Origin: Anaerolineales bacterium
Lineage (GTDB): Bacteria; Chloroflexota; Anaerolineae; JAAEKA01
Reading direction: 5' to 3'
DNA length: 64,000 bases
Assembly: GCA_020634615.1 (NCBI GenBank)
Contig: JACKBI010000015.1
Span: forward strand, 100,230 to 164,229
In this document: piece after piece, positions 9,277-18,432 of the stretch
Position numbering within the stretch: position 1 is the first letter of the stretch
Layout of the letters: every line of letters begins with the position of its first letter
Position numbers and translations under genes: made by a program
The notes under the pieces: generated by a model
Databases searched by the model: none
The model's input: only the letters and a program-made list of their open reading frames with translations
What the model was told of the DNA's origin: nothing

Positions 9277-10551
9277 CTACCAGGATTCGCTGTAGATGAG
9301 ATCACCGAGTGGTGGAGTGTAGTAGGTGAAGTCGGTCAGGTTCCCGCGCATCATCCCTCCGTTGGTGTCCAGTACCGAGAAGATGTTATCGTAGGTGGGC
9401 AGCACACCGCCAGGTGGCGGAATTATGGGGCCGGGCAGGCAGCTAAGGCCGCCTCGGGCATGCACAAACCAGACATCGTCGTAGTTGTTCAATATGGTTG
9501 GGTCGAGAGACGTGATCCCGGCGGCTTCCCATTCCTGGCGCACTTCAGCCGCGGGGCGTCCCTGGATGTCGGCGGTTTGAGCGATAGCCCCGTCGCTCAG
9601 CCACGTTTCCAGAGCGTCCACCGATGTGTGAATCGCGTAGATATTGGTCGTGTCTCCGGGCACGCCTGAACAATTGTAATTCACCAGCGAGAGTGCATAG
9701 TCGGTGATCCAGTCGGGTTGAAGCTGTGAGCGGTTAGCGCGAACGCCGACATCTGGCAAGTATGTCTGTGAACTCTGCAATGGCGCGCGCGAGCTTGCTT
9801 GCCCGATCATGGTCTGTGCCACAGGGATCATCTTCTCGACAGACCATTCGGACGTGTACATGACGTAGCTCAGGTCGCCGTCCACCCACATCAGCACTCC
9901 CAATACGGCCTGATTGATGCCGTCTACGGCTACCACGCCCGGATCGTGCGCTAGGACAGGCGTCCCGTTGATATCGATGATGCGGCTCTGGCCCCTGCCG
10001 GCCTCAGCTTCGCTCAAAGCCCACCTGTGATACTCGATTGCCGCATGATCTCGATAAATCGAGATCATGATTCCGTCCGAGTAGTGAAGCGCGACGGCGT
10101 GCTGGGTGGGAGATAACTCGATGAATTTCAGCGTAATGCCGTCGGGCAGCAGCGATGGCAGCCGGATCGGTACTCCCAGGGCGGCTTCAGCCTCGTCCAA
10201 CGTCACGTATTTGCCGCCATCATAGTTATGACCATCTGCGCGCGGGATCGGGGGAATGAAATGAAGAACCGGCCCCGTGGGGGTGATATAGGGCAGGGGC
10301 GGCGGCATGGTAGCAACTGGCTGCGGCGTTTGACCGTTGGGCGTAGGCAGAGGGTCGGCCGCTGTAGTCGGTGGAGGCGGGGCAAGGGTGGCGATGATGG
10401 GCGAGGATTGGTCTGCGGCAGCAACTGCCGGCGACAGAGCGCTGCCTCCGGCGCAGCCACTGGCGGCCGCAGCAACGACCAGCAATCCGGCGACGAGAAC
10501 GGCAATTTCCAGACGTACAAACGAATGGTTTTTCACGGTGTGTCTCCTCAA
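9277..10551 (-). CDS. Secreted lipoprotein with a Pro-rich linker and a conserved C-terminal ~160-aa domain of unknown function
   Basis: Lipobox LVVAAAASGC. The C-terminal 160 aa are near-identical to the C terminus of the 10720..11868 gene. Confidence 0.6.
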   Translation of the reverse strand: MRRHTVKNHSFVRLEIAVLVAGLLVVAAAASGCAGGSALSPAVAAADQSSPIIATLAPPPPTTAADPLPTPNGQTPQPVATMPPPLPYITPTGPVLHFIPPIPRADGHNYDGGKYVTLDEAEAALGVPIRLPSLLPDGITLKFIELSPTQHAVALHYSDGIMISIYRDHAAIEYHRWALSEAEAGRGQSRIIDINGTPVLAHDPGVVAVDGINQAVLGVLMWVDGDLSYVMYTSEWSVEKMIPVAQTMIGQASSRAPLQSSQTYLPDVGVRANRSQLQPDWITDYALSLVNYNCSGVPGDTTNIYAIHTSVDALETWLSDGAIAQTADIQGRPAAEVRQEWEAAGITSLDPTILNNYDDVWFVHARGGLSCLPGPIIPPPGGVLPTYDNIFSVLDTNGGMMRGNLTDFTYYTPPLGDLIYSESW

Positions 10552-10719
10552 TTCAACCCGGCTTGAAAAGCGCTGGTGCTGTGATCACAAGCTAGCAGGA
10601 CACTGCATTGGGATTGGCCTTAAACTCCTGAACCGAAACGCACAGGCCTCCTTGCTATTCGACAGCAGGAAGGCCCTGACTTCTTACCTCCGGTCAAAGT
10701 CTGGTGGATGCAGTGAATC

Positions 10720-11868
10720 CTACCAGGATTCGCTGTAGATGAGATCACCGAGTGGTGGAGTCCAGTAGCTGAGGTCGGACAGGTTCCCACTCATCAGCGA
10801 GCCACCTGTGGTGTCCAGTACCGAGTAAATGTTATCGTAGGTGGGCAGCACACCGCCAGGTGGCGGAATTATGGGGCCGGGCAGGCAGCTAAGGCCGCCT
10901 CGGGCATGCACAAACCAGACATCGTCGTAGTTGTTCAATATGGTTGGGCCGAGAAACGTGATCCCGGCGGCTTCCCATTCCTGGCGCACTTCAGCCGCGG
11001 GGCGTCCCTGGATGTCGGCGGTTTGAGCGATAGCCCCGTCGCTCAGCCACGTTTCCAGAGCGTCCACCGGTGTGTGAACCGCGTAGATATTGGTTGTCTC
11101 TCCGGGCACGCCTGAACAATTGTGATTCATCAGCGAGAGCGCACGGTCGGTGATCCAGTCGGGTTGAGGCCGCGAGCGGTTGGCGCGAACGCCGACACTT
11201 GGCAAGAATGTCTGTGAACTCTGCGATGGCGCGCGTGAGCTTGTCTCACTCTCCACCACATTTATGTTTACCATGTAATCATCATCGAAAAATTGGTCCG
11301 GATTAACCAAGCTACCAAGTGGTGGTGTGAAATCAGGCTCGGTGAACGCTCCGATCCCGATTTGAACAGCATCTTCAGTCAGAATTACGTAAATGTTGTC
11401 ATATTCCGGCGGTTCCCAACCTTCTGGTCTAAGGTCTTCCGAAGGAAGGGTCAACGGCATTGTCTTGGTACCAACTTGGAAATTGACTCCTCCACGGACA
11501 TCAATCACCCAAATTGTATCTTGCAAAGCATAAAACTCATCTGGCAGCCGGCCAATCTGAGTTCCATTCCATTCGTTACGCACATCGGCTTCGGGACGGT
11601 TTTGCACGCGCGCCGCAGTACGGATTTCGCTTTCACGTAACCAATTTTCGAGTTGCGTAGCGGAAACCTCTGCGGCGTAGACCTTTGTGTCCGCGCTTAG
11701 ATTACCAGCATCTAGTTCAACACTACGTAAAGCTTGTTCCACAATGGAAACCTGCGACACAGTTGATGCGCTTGCCCCTGATCGCCTAAGAAGGCTTGTA
11801 CCTGTAATGATCATGCTTATCACGACAAGCATGATTCCAACACTAACTACTGCGCTACGGTGTGACAT
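10720..11868 (-). CDS. Membrane-anchored secreted protein carrying two copies of the same unknown ~150-aa domain
   Basis: N-terminal signal anchor. The proximal domain copy is diverged and AT-rich; the distal copy is near-identical to the 9277..10551 C terminus, and the duplication includes the downstream terminator. Confidence 0.6.
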   Translation of the reverse strand: MSHRSAVVSVGIMLVVISMIITGTSLLRRSGASASTVSQVSIVEQALRSVELDAGNLSADTKVYAAEVSATQLENWLRESEIRTAARVQNRPEADVRNEWNGTQIGRLPDEFYALQDTIWVIDVRGGVNFQVGTKTMPLTLPSEDLRPEGWEPPEYDNIYVILTEDAVQIGIGAFTEPDFTPPLGSLVNPDQFFDDDYMVNINVVESETSSRAPSQSSQTFLPSVGVRANRSRPQPDWITDRALSLMNHNCSGVPGETTNIYAVHTPVDALETWLSDGAIAQTADIQGRPAAEVRQEWEAAGITFLGPTILNNYDDVWFVHARGGLSCLPGPIIPPPGGVLPTYDNIYSVLDTTGGSLMSGNLSDLSYWTPPLGDLIYSESW

Positions 11869-11925
11869 AGAATACGCCTCCTGATTATGTTTGCAGGGAT
11901 TGGTAGTTGAAAGTAAGGAACGAGG

Positions 11926-12762
11926 TCAGTTACAGCCACCTATGAACCACGAGTTACTTCCATAGGAAGTAGCCTGATAGCTCGTGTTAGGTGTAGTGAT
12001 GACCATGCCGTAGTTTGTCCCTACATTTACCCACTGATGGCTTGTATTTTTATACTTGACTTGAGAGAACGTACTCGGCCCCAATCCATTGTTAGGGGGA
12101 TTCTGGACTTCTCCGCCGCCAATGGTAAGTGCTGGCACTACGAAGTCTAGCCAAGCTCCAGCCACCAAGTTACTATCGATATAGGCAAGATGGCCTGGCC
12201 CACTTGCGTCTTTCTCAACCCTGTATTCATGTGTTTGCCCAGGTGGTGCATTCGCAACATCCATTTTCGAGTATCCGTTGTAGTTCTGCACAATTACAAC
12301 GTGGCGGGTTTCAAGTTTCCAACTACCGTAGCGACTACAGCCTGGCGTCACGAAGCAAGGATCCTTTAACCAGCCACTTTCAAGGACATGCCAACCACCT
12401 TGGGTTGGGTAGCCTGCTATTCCAACTCTCATGAACGACCACAGGCCATCACGTATAGTTGGATCACCCACGGCAATGTAAGATCGAATGCCAATTGGCT
12501 GGAGAGAAGCATTTATTTCTCCCCACGCATTACATAGCGTACCGCTAGATCCACAGTAGCCACATGTCCCCGTTTGGAGAAGAGGCTTCTCAACTTCCTC
12601 TTTTGGAGCACCGCTGTTTTGCGGTTTTGCGTTGGCTCCAGGTACCATGATCAATAACAGGAAGATCAGAGAAATTCCCGCCATTGTTGCTCTACGTATC
12701 ATGTTTGGTTCCTCCTGTCTCGAAGCAAATATCCGTGGGTTTGAACGCCCTCGAATGCGCAA
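11926..12762 (-). CDS. Secreted Cys-containing hypothetical protein (low-GC island)
   Basis: Signal peptide MAGISLIFLLLIMVPGANA; CGYCGSSGTLC motif; GGAGG ribosome-binding site; local GC about 50% against a 65% background. Confidence 0.55.
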   Translation of the reverse strand: MRIRGRSNPRIFASRQEEPNMIRRATMAGISLIFLLLIMVPGANAKPQNSGAPKEEVEKPLLQTGTCGYCGSSGTLCNAWGEINASLQPIGIRSYIAVGDPTIRDGLWSFMRVGIAGYPTQGGWHVLESGWLKDPCFVTPGCSRYGSWKLETRHVVIVQNYNGYSKMDVANAPPGQTHEYRVEKDASGPGHLAYIDSNLVAGAWLDFVVPALTIGGGEVQNPPNNGLGPSTFSQVKYKNTSHQWVNVGTNYGMVITTPNTSYQATSYGSNSWFIGGCN

Positions 12763-12840
12763 TTTGTCGCATCCCTGTTTTTAACCTCTATTTGGAAAAC
12801 CCACATTCCAGCTTCATTATCATCAATACAATCATATCAT

Positions 12841-12852
12841 CCCCCCCCCCCC
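12841..12852. repeat. C12 homopolymer (G12 on the coding strand of the flanking genes)
   Basis: Twelve consecutive C between the LuxR stop and the start of the secreted-protein gene. Confidence 0.9.
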
Positions 12853-12896
12853 GTGTCTACTACACTTTAGAGCAGTTTTTCACTATTCGGCGCGTG

Positions 12897-13178
12897 CTAC
12901 GTCTTCACCCATCCCTGCCGAATCGCAACCAGCGCAGCTTCGGTGCGCGAGGCCACGCCCAACTTGCGAAAGATGTTGCGGATGTGAAACTTGACCGTGT
13001 CTTCCGTGACGTTCAACTCCCTGGCGATCTGGGCATTGGTCGCGCCTCTTGCCAGCACGCGCAACACCTCCAGTTCCCTCGACGTAAGAGGGCATGGCGT
13101 AGGCTCTTCGTCATGCTCCGGTGCCGCGTCGTTGTTGGTTGGATCTTCTGTACCCATGACATCCCATCCCGATCCCAT
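12897..13178 (-). CDS. LuxR-family HTH transcriptional regulator (stand-alone GerE-type HTH)
   Basis: LTSRELEVLRVLARGATNAQIARELNVTEDTVKFHIRNIFRKL. Confidence 0.8.
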   Translation of the reverse strand: MGSGWDVMGTEDPTNNDAAPEHDEEPTPCPLTSRELEVLRVLARGATNAQIARELNVTEDTVKFHIRNIFRKLGVASRTEAALVAIRQGWVKT

Positions 13179-13208
13179 GACCCTGTCGAAGTCGTTCTGG
13201 CGGTTGGT

Positions 13209-15110
13209 TTATCCGTTGGCTGCCGGAGCCGCGCCGGGCCCGACCAGGAAATACGCAGCCCAGGGGGTGTAGCTGCTCTCCAGCACCTCATCAGTGAGCA
13301 CCTGGCCGGCGCTGTCGCGGATCACGCGTCGCCAGGCCACATCCATGCCGTTCTTGGCGTATTCGACTTGGCGCACTTCGCCCTCAGCCAGGCTGGCGTC
13401 GGTCTGGTAAATCGGCGCAGGCGGCGGCGATTCTTTCAGAATCTCCGGACCGGTGACTTCCACGTTCCAATCCGGTTTGGTACCGTAGAAGTTGAAGGTC
13501 AGCGTGCCTTTGACCTCATCCATGACCGACTTGATGATGATGTGGTGGTCGGTGGTGTTGCGGAACTTGAAGTCCACTGTCGGCGTGTAGATCGTGGCAT
13601 CCAGACCGGGCTGACCGTACCAGCCAACCACGTAGCCGTGGTTCCAGCGCTCCTCGATGGGGAAGCCGCCGTAGAACGCAGCGCGGAACGCCGTGGTGCT
13701 GACCTGGCAAACGCCGCCGCCGATGCCGACGGCCGTCCGGTCGCCCCAGATGATCAGCGAGTCGGTGTAGCCGTTTTCAGCGTTCACGTCGCCGATGGCG
13801 TTGTTGAAGGAGAAGACGCCGCCGGGCGGCACCACGGTGTTGTCCACCGCGTTGGCCGCCGTCGCGATGTTGTGGACGCGGTCGGCGCTGGAGCCTTTGA
13901 AGCTGGTGGTGCCGGTGGCGACCAGCTCCACGATGCCCATCTCGTCGATCTTGTGCATGTTGACGGCCGGCTCGACCAGCGTCAGCGGCAGCAGCGCGTT
14001 GTGGTCATTGCTCAACACGGCCTGGCGAATAGTGGCCAGCGTCGCGTCGACGTCCAGCACGCGGCCGGTCTGACTGGGTGTCACCACCTTGATCTCGCCG
14101 GTCTTCGGGTCGTAGTCGAGGCGAGCATCGCGCGGCTCGCGTGCCAGCTCGGCCGCCCATTCCTGGACCTGCGGGCGCAGCGGCTCCACATCCAGGCTGG
14201 CTAGCAACTGCATGCTGCCGTCCAATTGGGGTGTCAACTCGAGGCTGGCCAGATCGGTCAGCGTCTCTTGCGAGATGGTGAAGTTGGGCGGCGGCGCTTG
14301 GGCGTCCAGGTCCGGCTCGGCGGCGGTCAGGACCACCGGACCGCTCAATACCTGGCGCATGAACACCTCAGCCTGGCTGACGTCCGCCAGCAGCGGGGTC
14401 TCTTCTTTGACCACCAAGTCGACCGATCCACCCTCGTTAGCCAGCAGCGCATCGTAGATTGCCGAGTGGCTGGCCGATACATCCAGCGCGTAGCCGGTCT
14501 GGCTGGCTGTTGAAATCACATCCTGTCCGTCAACGCGCAGCGTAGCCTCGGCCACGGGACGGTTGATCTCGCGAGCCCGCGCTTCCAGCCAGGCCAGCCC
14601 GGCGGAGCGATCGACCGCTTCGTCGGCCAGCACCTCGCGGCCGAAACGGTAGGCCGAAAGCTGCTCCTGTAGATTCGCCTGCAACGCAGCAATCTGGTCG
14701 GTGAACTCCAAACCTCCCCCTTGGCGCCGGCCGATCTCATAGGCAGCCGCGGCCGCGCTGTCCGCGTCGAAGTTGACACCCAGGTCGGCGGCCGTCAGCG
14801 TCCACGACTGGTCGCCGTAGCGAACCACCACCGGGGCCAGCGGGTACGGGTCAAAGGCGACACTCAACCGTTCCCTGGCTTCAGCCAGCGTCAGCCCGCT
14901 CATGTCGATGCCGCGCACCGAAACGCCATCGTAGATGCGGTTCTGGTGTTCGCGCTGATAGTAGGCGACGCTGCCAATGGCAAACACCGCCGCCATCCAG
15001 ACGATCAGCGTCAGCAGGATCAACAGGACGCGCAGCAACGTGCCAAACCAGGAGGACTTGGCTGACTGTGGTTGAACAGTGGGTGGTGTCGTGGCTCTGG
15101 CGTTGGCCAT
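13209..15110 (-). CDS. VanW family protein (N-terminal TM, peptidoglycan-binding-like repeats, VanW domain)
   Basis: The C-terminal GGGVCQVSTTAFRAAFYGGFPIEERWNH is the VanW signature. Confidence 0.75.
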   Translation of the reverse strand: MANARATTPPTVQPQSAKSSWFGTLLRVLLILLTLIVWMAAVFAIGSVAYYQREHQNRIYDGVSVRGIDMSGLTLAEARERLSVAFDPYPLAPVVVRYGDQSWTLTAADLGVNFDADSAAAAAYEIGRRQGGGLEFTDQIAALQANLQEQLSAYRFGREVLADEAVDRSAGLAWLEARAREINRPVAEATLRVDGQDVISTASQTGYALDVSASHSAIYDALLANEGGSVDLVVKEETPLLADVSQAEVFMRQVLSGPVVLTAAEPDLDAQAPPPNFTISQETLTDLASLELTPQLDGSMQLLASLDVEPLRPQVQEWAAELAREPRDARLDYDPKTGEIKVVTPSQTGRVLDVDATLATIRQAVLSNDHNALLPLTLVEPAVNMHKIDEMGIVELVATGTTSFKGSSADRVHNIATAANAVDNTVVPPGGVFSFNNAIGDVNAENGYTDSLIIWGDRTAVGIGGGVCQVSTTAFRAAFYGGFPIEERWNHGYVVGWYGQPGLDATIYTPTVDFKFRNTTDHHIIIKSVMDEVKGTLTFNFYGTKPDWNVEVTGPEILKESPPPAPIYQTDASLAEGEVRQVEYAKNGMDVAWRRVIRDSAGQVLTDEVLESSYTPWAAYFLVGPGAAPAANG

Positions 15111-15256
15111 AGGTCTTCGTCAGGGAGTGTCGCTTCGGGAAGTAACGGTTTGGTAGGTGACAGTCACTTTCGGAAAGTGACTGTCACCTGTCAGCGTTTA
15201 TTCTATCACAGACTGCGCAACAGGCAGTCGGCATTGCTACATTTTTCGCGACGCGT

Positions 15257-17767
15257 TCACACGCCGCTGAGCAATTCGACGCGGCTGTCGCCGCCCGGCT
15301 CGGCTACCGTCACTTGCCAGAAGGGTGTCCAGGCCAGCGCAACCCGGTCAACGTCCACATCGGTGCGCCGTGGCTTGACTTCATAGGTCTGGATATCGTC
15401 CACCGCTGTCTCCCAACGCTGCGTGATCTCGGCGGTAGCGTCTTCCAGTTCCTTCTCCAGATCCTTGATGTCCTGTTGATAGGTGGCGATCTGGTCCTGC
15501 GATTCTTCCACATCGCGCTTGGCGCGGGCGGTCATCTCGCGCTTCTTGGACGCCGAGGACAGGATCGTACCGGCGCGCCTTCTGCGGCCGCCGAACAGAC
15601 TAAGGATCGTGTCGCCTGCCGAAACCATCTCCTGTTGCTTGCGCGCATCATAGGTGGCCTGGTCATCGGCCAATTCCTGTTCCTCGCGCCGCAGCTTTGC
15701 TTCAAGCGCGTCGATCTTCTTTTCATATGCATCGCCCAGCTTATCGACCTCGGCATCGCGCTGCTCGCGCGCCAACTGCTGGCAACGAATCTTGAAAGCC
15801 CGCTCGTCCTCGCCCGGCTCACCATAAGCCGCCAACGCCGGATTGAAGAGCAGCGGATAAGTCCAGTTGCGATAGAGATAGTCGCTCAAGTCCTTGGACA
15901 GTGCGGAAAGCTCGCGGGCGCTGTTGATCGAGTCGGGCACGTCGCCGAAGATGGCATCCGCTTCGGGCTGTCCGTCCAGCGCGCTCAAGTCAAGGTCAAG
16001 TTGCACCGCCTGATCCCAGCGTACCAGTCCGCTGCCGCCGGGCGGCTCGACCGCCAGCACGACCGCCTGCCGCTGATTGACGTTGCGTTTGTCGTCTACA
16101 AAATGAACCGTACCTGTGCCCAATATCTGTGCTTCGTAACGAATCTTCTTGTCGGTGACGTTGAGCCGCGTGCCCTGTTCCTTTTCCAGCGCGCCGACTG
16201 CATCGACCATCGACCGGGTCGCAGGCAGGTAGACCTGTGGCAGGTCGGGCGGCAAGGCCGGCGCCACGGCGCTGGTAGTCGCTGCGTAGCTGGCAATGCC
16301 TGGGGCCGGCGGCGCGGCCGGCTGACTGACCTCCTCAGCCGGTTGGGTGGCGGCCGGCTGGCTGGCCATCAACGTCTTGACCTGGCTGCGGGTCAAGGGA
16401 CCGCGCAGATAGCTCATGGCCCAGCGGGTTTGAAAGATGACTGGACTATCTTCGTTGATGTTGTGCATCAGAAAAACGCGGCTGCCCAGGCTGGGGATGA
16501 TCTTGTCAAGCTGGCTGCGGTTGAAGCCGCTGCCGGCTGTGGCCGAGACGGTTTCCAGCCCTTCCAGCACGCGCGCCTTGTCGCGCTCCGCCTGCAGCTT
16601 GCCGATGAACCAGGTGCCGGCGTTGGTCAGTCCCTTGTAGTCCAGGTCCACCGGGTTCTGGGTCGTCAGCATCATGCCGACGCCGAAAGCGCGCGCCTGC
16701 TTCATCAGCGTCAGCAGCGGGCGCTTGCTGGGCGGTTCGCCGACGGGCGGGAAGAAGCCGAACACCTCGTCCATATAGACCAGCGCGCGCAGGCTGGTGG
16801 TACCTGGCTGCGCGCGCATCCAGGTGATCACCTGTTCCAGCAGCAGGGTGACGAAAAACATCCGCTCGGCGTCGCTGAGATGTGCAATGTAGAAGATGCT
16901 CATGTTGGGCTTGGCATCGCCGCCGTAGAGCATATGGTCGATGTTGAGCGGCACGCCCTGTATCCACGCACCGAACGCCGGCGAGGCGATCATGTTATTC
17001 AGCGTAATCGCCAGCGCGAAGCGGTCCTTCTGCGGGAAGAACGTATCGACGTCGAAGACGCCCAGCTGACGCACCGGCGGGTTCTGGATCGAAAGGATCA
17101 GCTTGGGCAAGTCGAGATCCTGGCCCTTACGCCAGTAGTACTCGAAGATCGTCGCCAGCAGGATATGCTCGCGGCTGCGCATCGGATCGGCTGCGATGCC
17201 CACCAGTCCCAGCAACGCGCTGACGGTGCCGCTGATCTGTTCGCGCAGCGCCTCCTGGTTGTCGTCCCAGTTCAGCTCCGGCGCGGCCAGCGAACTGACA
17301 ATGCTGACCGGCACACCGGCATCGGATCCGGGTGTGTAGATGACGAAATCGGCGCTCTCCTTCAATGCCCGGATGCGCTCCGGTCCCTGATCCCACGACT
17401 CCAGCCCGTTGCGCCAGTCGTTGGCCGTCTTCTCAGCAAAAGCCTCGGGGGTCATGTCCTTGCGGCGGGCATCGTCGGCATTGATCCAGGGCAGGAAATC
17501 CTCACCGCGGAGGTCGGGAAATGTCAGCAGCAGGTTGGTGATGTCCCCCTTGGGATCGATGATGATCGCCGGCACCTTGTCCAGCGCAGCTTCCTCCAAC
17601 AGGTCAATGCAGAGGCCAGTCTTGCCGCTGCCAGTCATGCCGACACAGACCGCATGAGTGGTCAGGTCGCGGGCGTCGTACATCAGGGGCGTCTCACCCA
17701 GCGTGCCGGCGGCAAGGTCAAAGTCCTTGCCAAGATAAAAAGCGCCAAGTTTCTCTGCGACGGGCAT
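15257..17767 (-). CDS. HerA/FtsK-like (DUF87) P-loop ATPase with a C-terminal coiled-coil region
   Basis: Walker A GMTGSGKTG followed by IIDPKGD; Walker B VYMDEV; a coiled-coil tail of ~150 aa. The start is at MPVAEKL, preceded by a GGAGAG ribosome-binding site. Confidence 0.65.
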   Translation of the reverse strand: MPVAEKLGAFYLGKDFDLAAGTLGETPLMYDARDLTTHAVCVGMTGSGKTGLCIDLLEEAALDKVPAIIIDPKGDITNLLLTFPDLRGEDFLPWINADDARRKDMTPEAFAEKTANDWRNGLESWDQGPERIRALKESADFVIYTPGSDAGVPVSIVSSLAAPELNWDDNQEALREQISGTVSALLGLVGIAADPMRSREHILLATIFEYYWRKGQDLDLPKLILSIQNPPVRQLGVFDVDTFFPQKDRFALAITLNNMIASPAFGAWIQGVPLNIDHMLYGGDAKPNMSIFYIAHLSDAERMFFVTLLLEQVITWMRAQPGTTSLRALVYMDEVFGFFPPVGEPPSKRPLLTLMKQARAFGVGMMLTTQNPVDLDYKGLTNAGTWFIGKLQAERDKARVLEGLETVSATAGSGFNRSQLDKIIPSLGSRVFLMHNINEDSPVIFQTRWAMSYLRGPLTRSQVKTLMASQPAATQPAEEVSQPAAPPAPGIASYAATTSAVAPALPPDLPQVYLPATRSMVDAVGALEKEQGTRLNVTDKKIRYEAQILGTGTVHFVDDKRNVNQRQAVVLAVEPPGGSGLVRWDQAVQLDLDLSALDGQPEADAIFGDVPDSINSARELSALSKDLSDYLYRNWTYPLLFNPALAAYGEPGEDERAFKIRCQQLAREQRDAEVDKLGDAYEKKIDALEAKLRREEQELADDQATYDARKQQEMVSAGDTILSLFGGRRRRAGTILSSASKKREMTARAKRDVEESQDQIATYQQDIKDLEKELEDATAEITQRWETAVDDIQTYEVKPRRTDVDVDRVALAWTPFWQVTVAEPGGDSRVELLSGV

Positions 17768-17931
17768 ATGTTCTCTCCAAAGTACCGGTTTGGGAACAGT
17801 CTGATCTGGTGCGCGCGGCGACCCTGCCGCCATCGCCGCAATTATAGCATACTGGCGAAAAACATGGGAAGAGAACCACGATGTGGAAGTTCGACTTTGC
17901 GGAACAAGTCGAACTTCGCACAGATCCCGAT

Positions 17932-17959
17932 TTGACGCATGGCTCGTCTCGCCTATAAT
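17932..17959 (+). promoter_or_regulatory. Candidate sigma-70 promoter TTGACG-N16-TATAAT for fur-znuCB, with flanking inverted repeats that may be an operator
   Basis: ttgacg at 17932, tataat at 17954. ATTGAGA-N19-TCTCAAT lies directly downstream, and a 32-bp palindrome lies upstream at 17886-17917. Confidence 0.45.
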
Positions 17960-18011
17960 TGAGACTCGGTATCACTGAGAACCAATCTCAATCCATACTG
18001 CAAACGACAAG

Positions 18012-18425
18012 ATGGAACAAAACGTTACGGAACGGATGCAACTGGCCGGCTACAAGCTGACGCCGCCGCGGCTCGCGGTGCTGCAAGTGCTGGACGAAAC
18101 TGATGAGCACCTCAGCCGCGCCCAGATTCTTGAGCGCGTGCAGGCGGTCCAGCCGGCCATCGGCCGCGCAACAGTCTATCGCACGCTGGAGTTGTTGATC
18201 CGCCTCGGCGTCGTGCGCCCGATTTACCTGGGCGAGCAGAACGTCTGCTTCACGCGCGCTGACCGCGGCCATCACCACCTGATCTGCTCTGAGTGTGGGC
18301 AGGTGGTCGAATTCGACGAGTGCACAGTCGGTCAACTCCAGGAAACCCTGGCGCAGCGGCTCAACTTCGACATCCGTGGCCATCTGCTGGAGTTCTACGG
18401 CCTGTGCGAGCGCTGCCAGGGGTGA
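18012..18425 (+). CDS. zur: Fur-family metalloregulator (Zur-like)
   Basis: HHHLICSECGQVVEFDEC metal-binding site and a winged-helix N terminus. Confidence 0.85.
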   Translation: MEQNVTERMQLAGYKLTPPRLAVLQVLDETDEHLSRAQILERVQAVQPAIGRATVYRTLELLIRLGVVRPIYLGEQNVCFTRADRGHHHLICSECGQVVEFDECTVGQLQETLAQRLNFDIRGHLLEFYGLCERCQG

Positions 18426-18432
18426 GGTAACC

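Noticed and set aside
11200-12900. Mobile element (IS or prophage) explaining the low-GC islands
   Set aside because: No transposase, integrase, terminal inverted repeats or tRNA attachment site is detectable in or beside the islands.
18295-18432. Upstream extension of the znuC ORF proposed by the ORF track
   Set aside because: It overlaps the 3' end of fur in another frame. The ATG at 18433 (MQNLRQ) gives a normal ZnuC N terminus.
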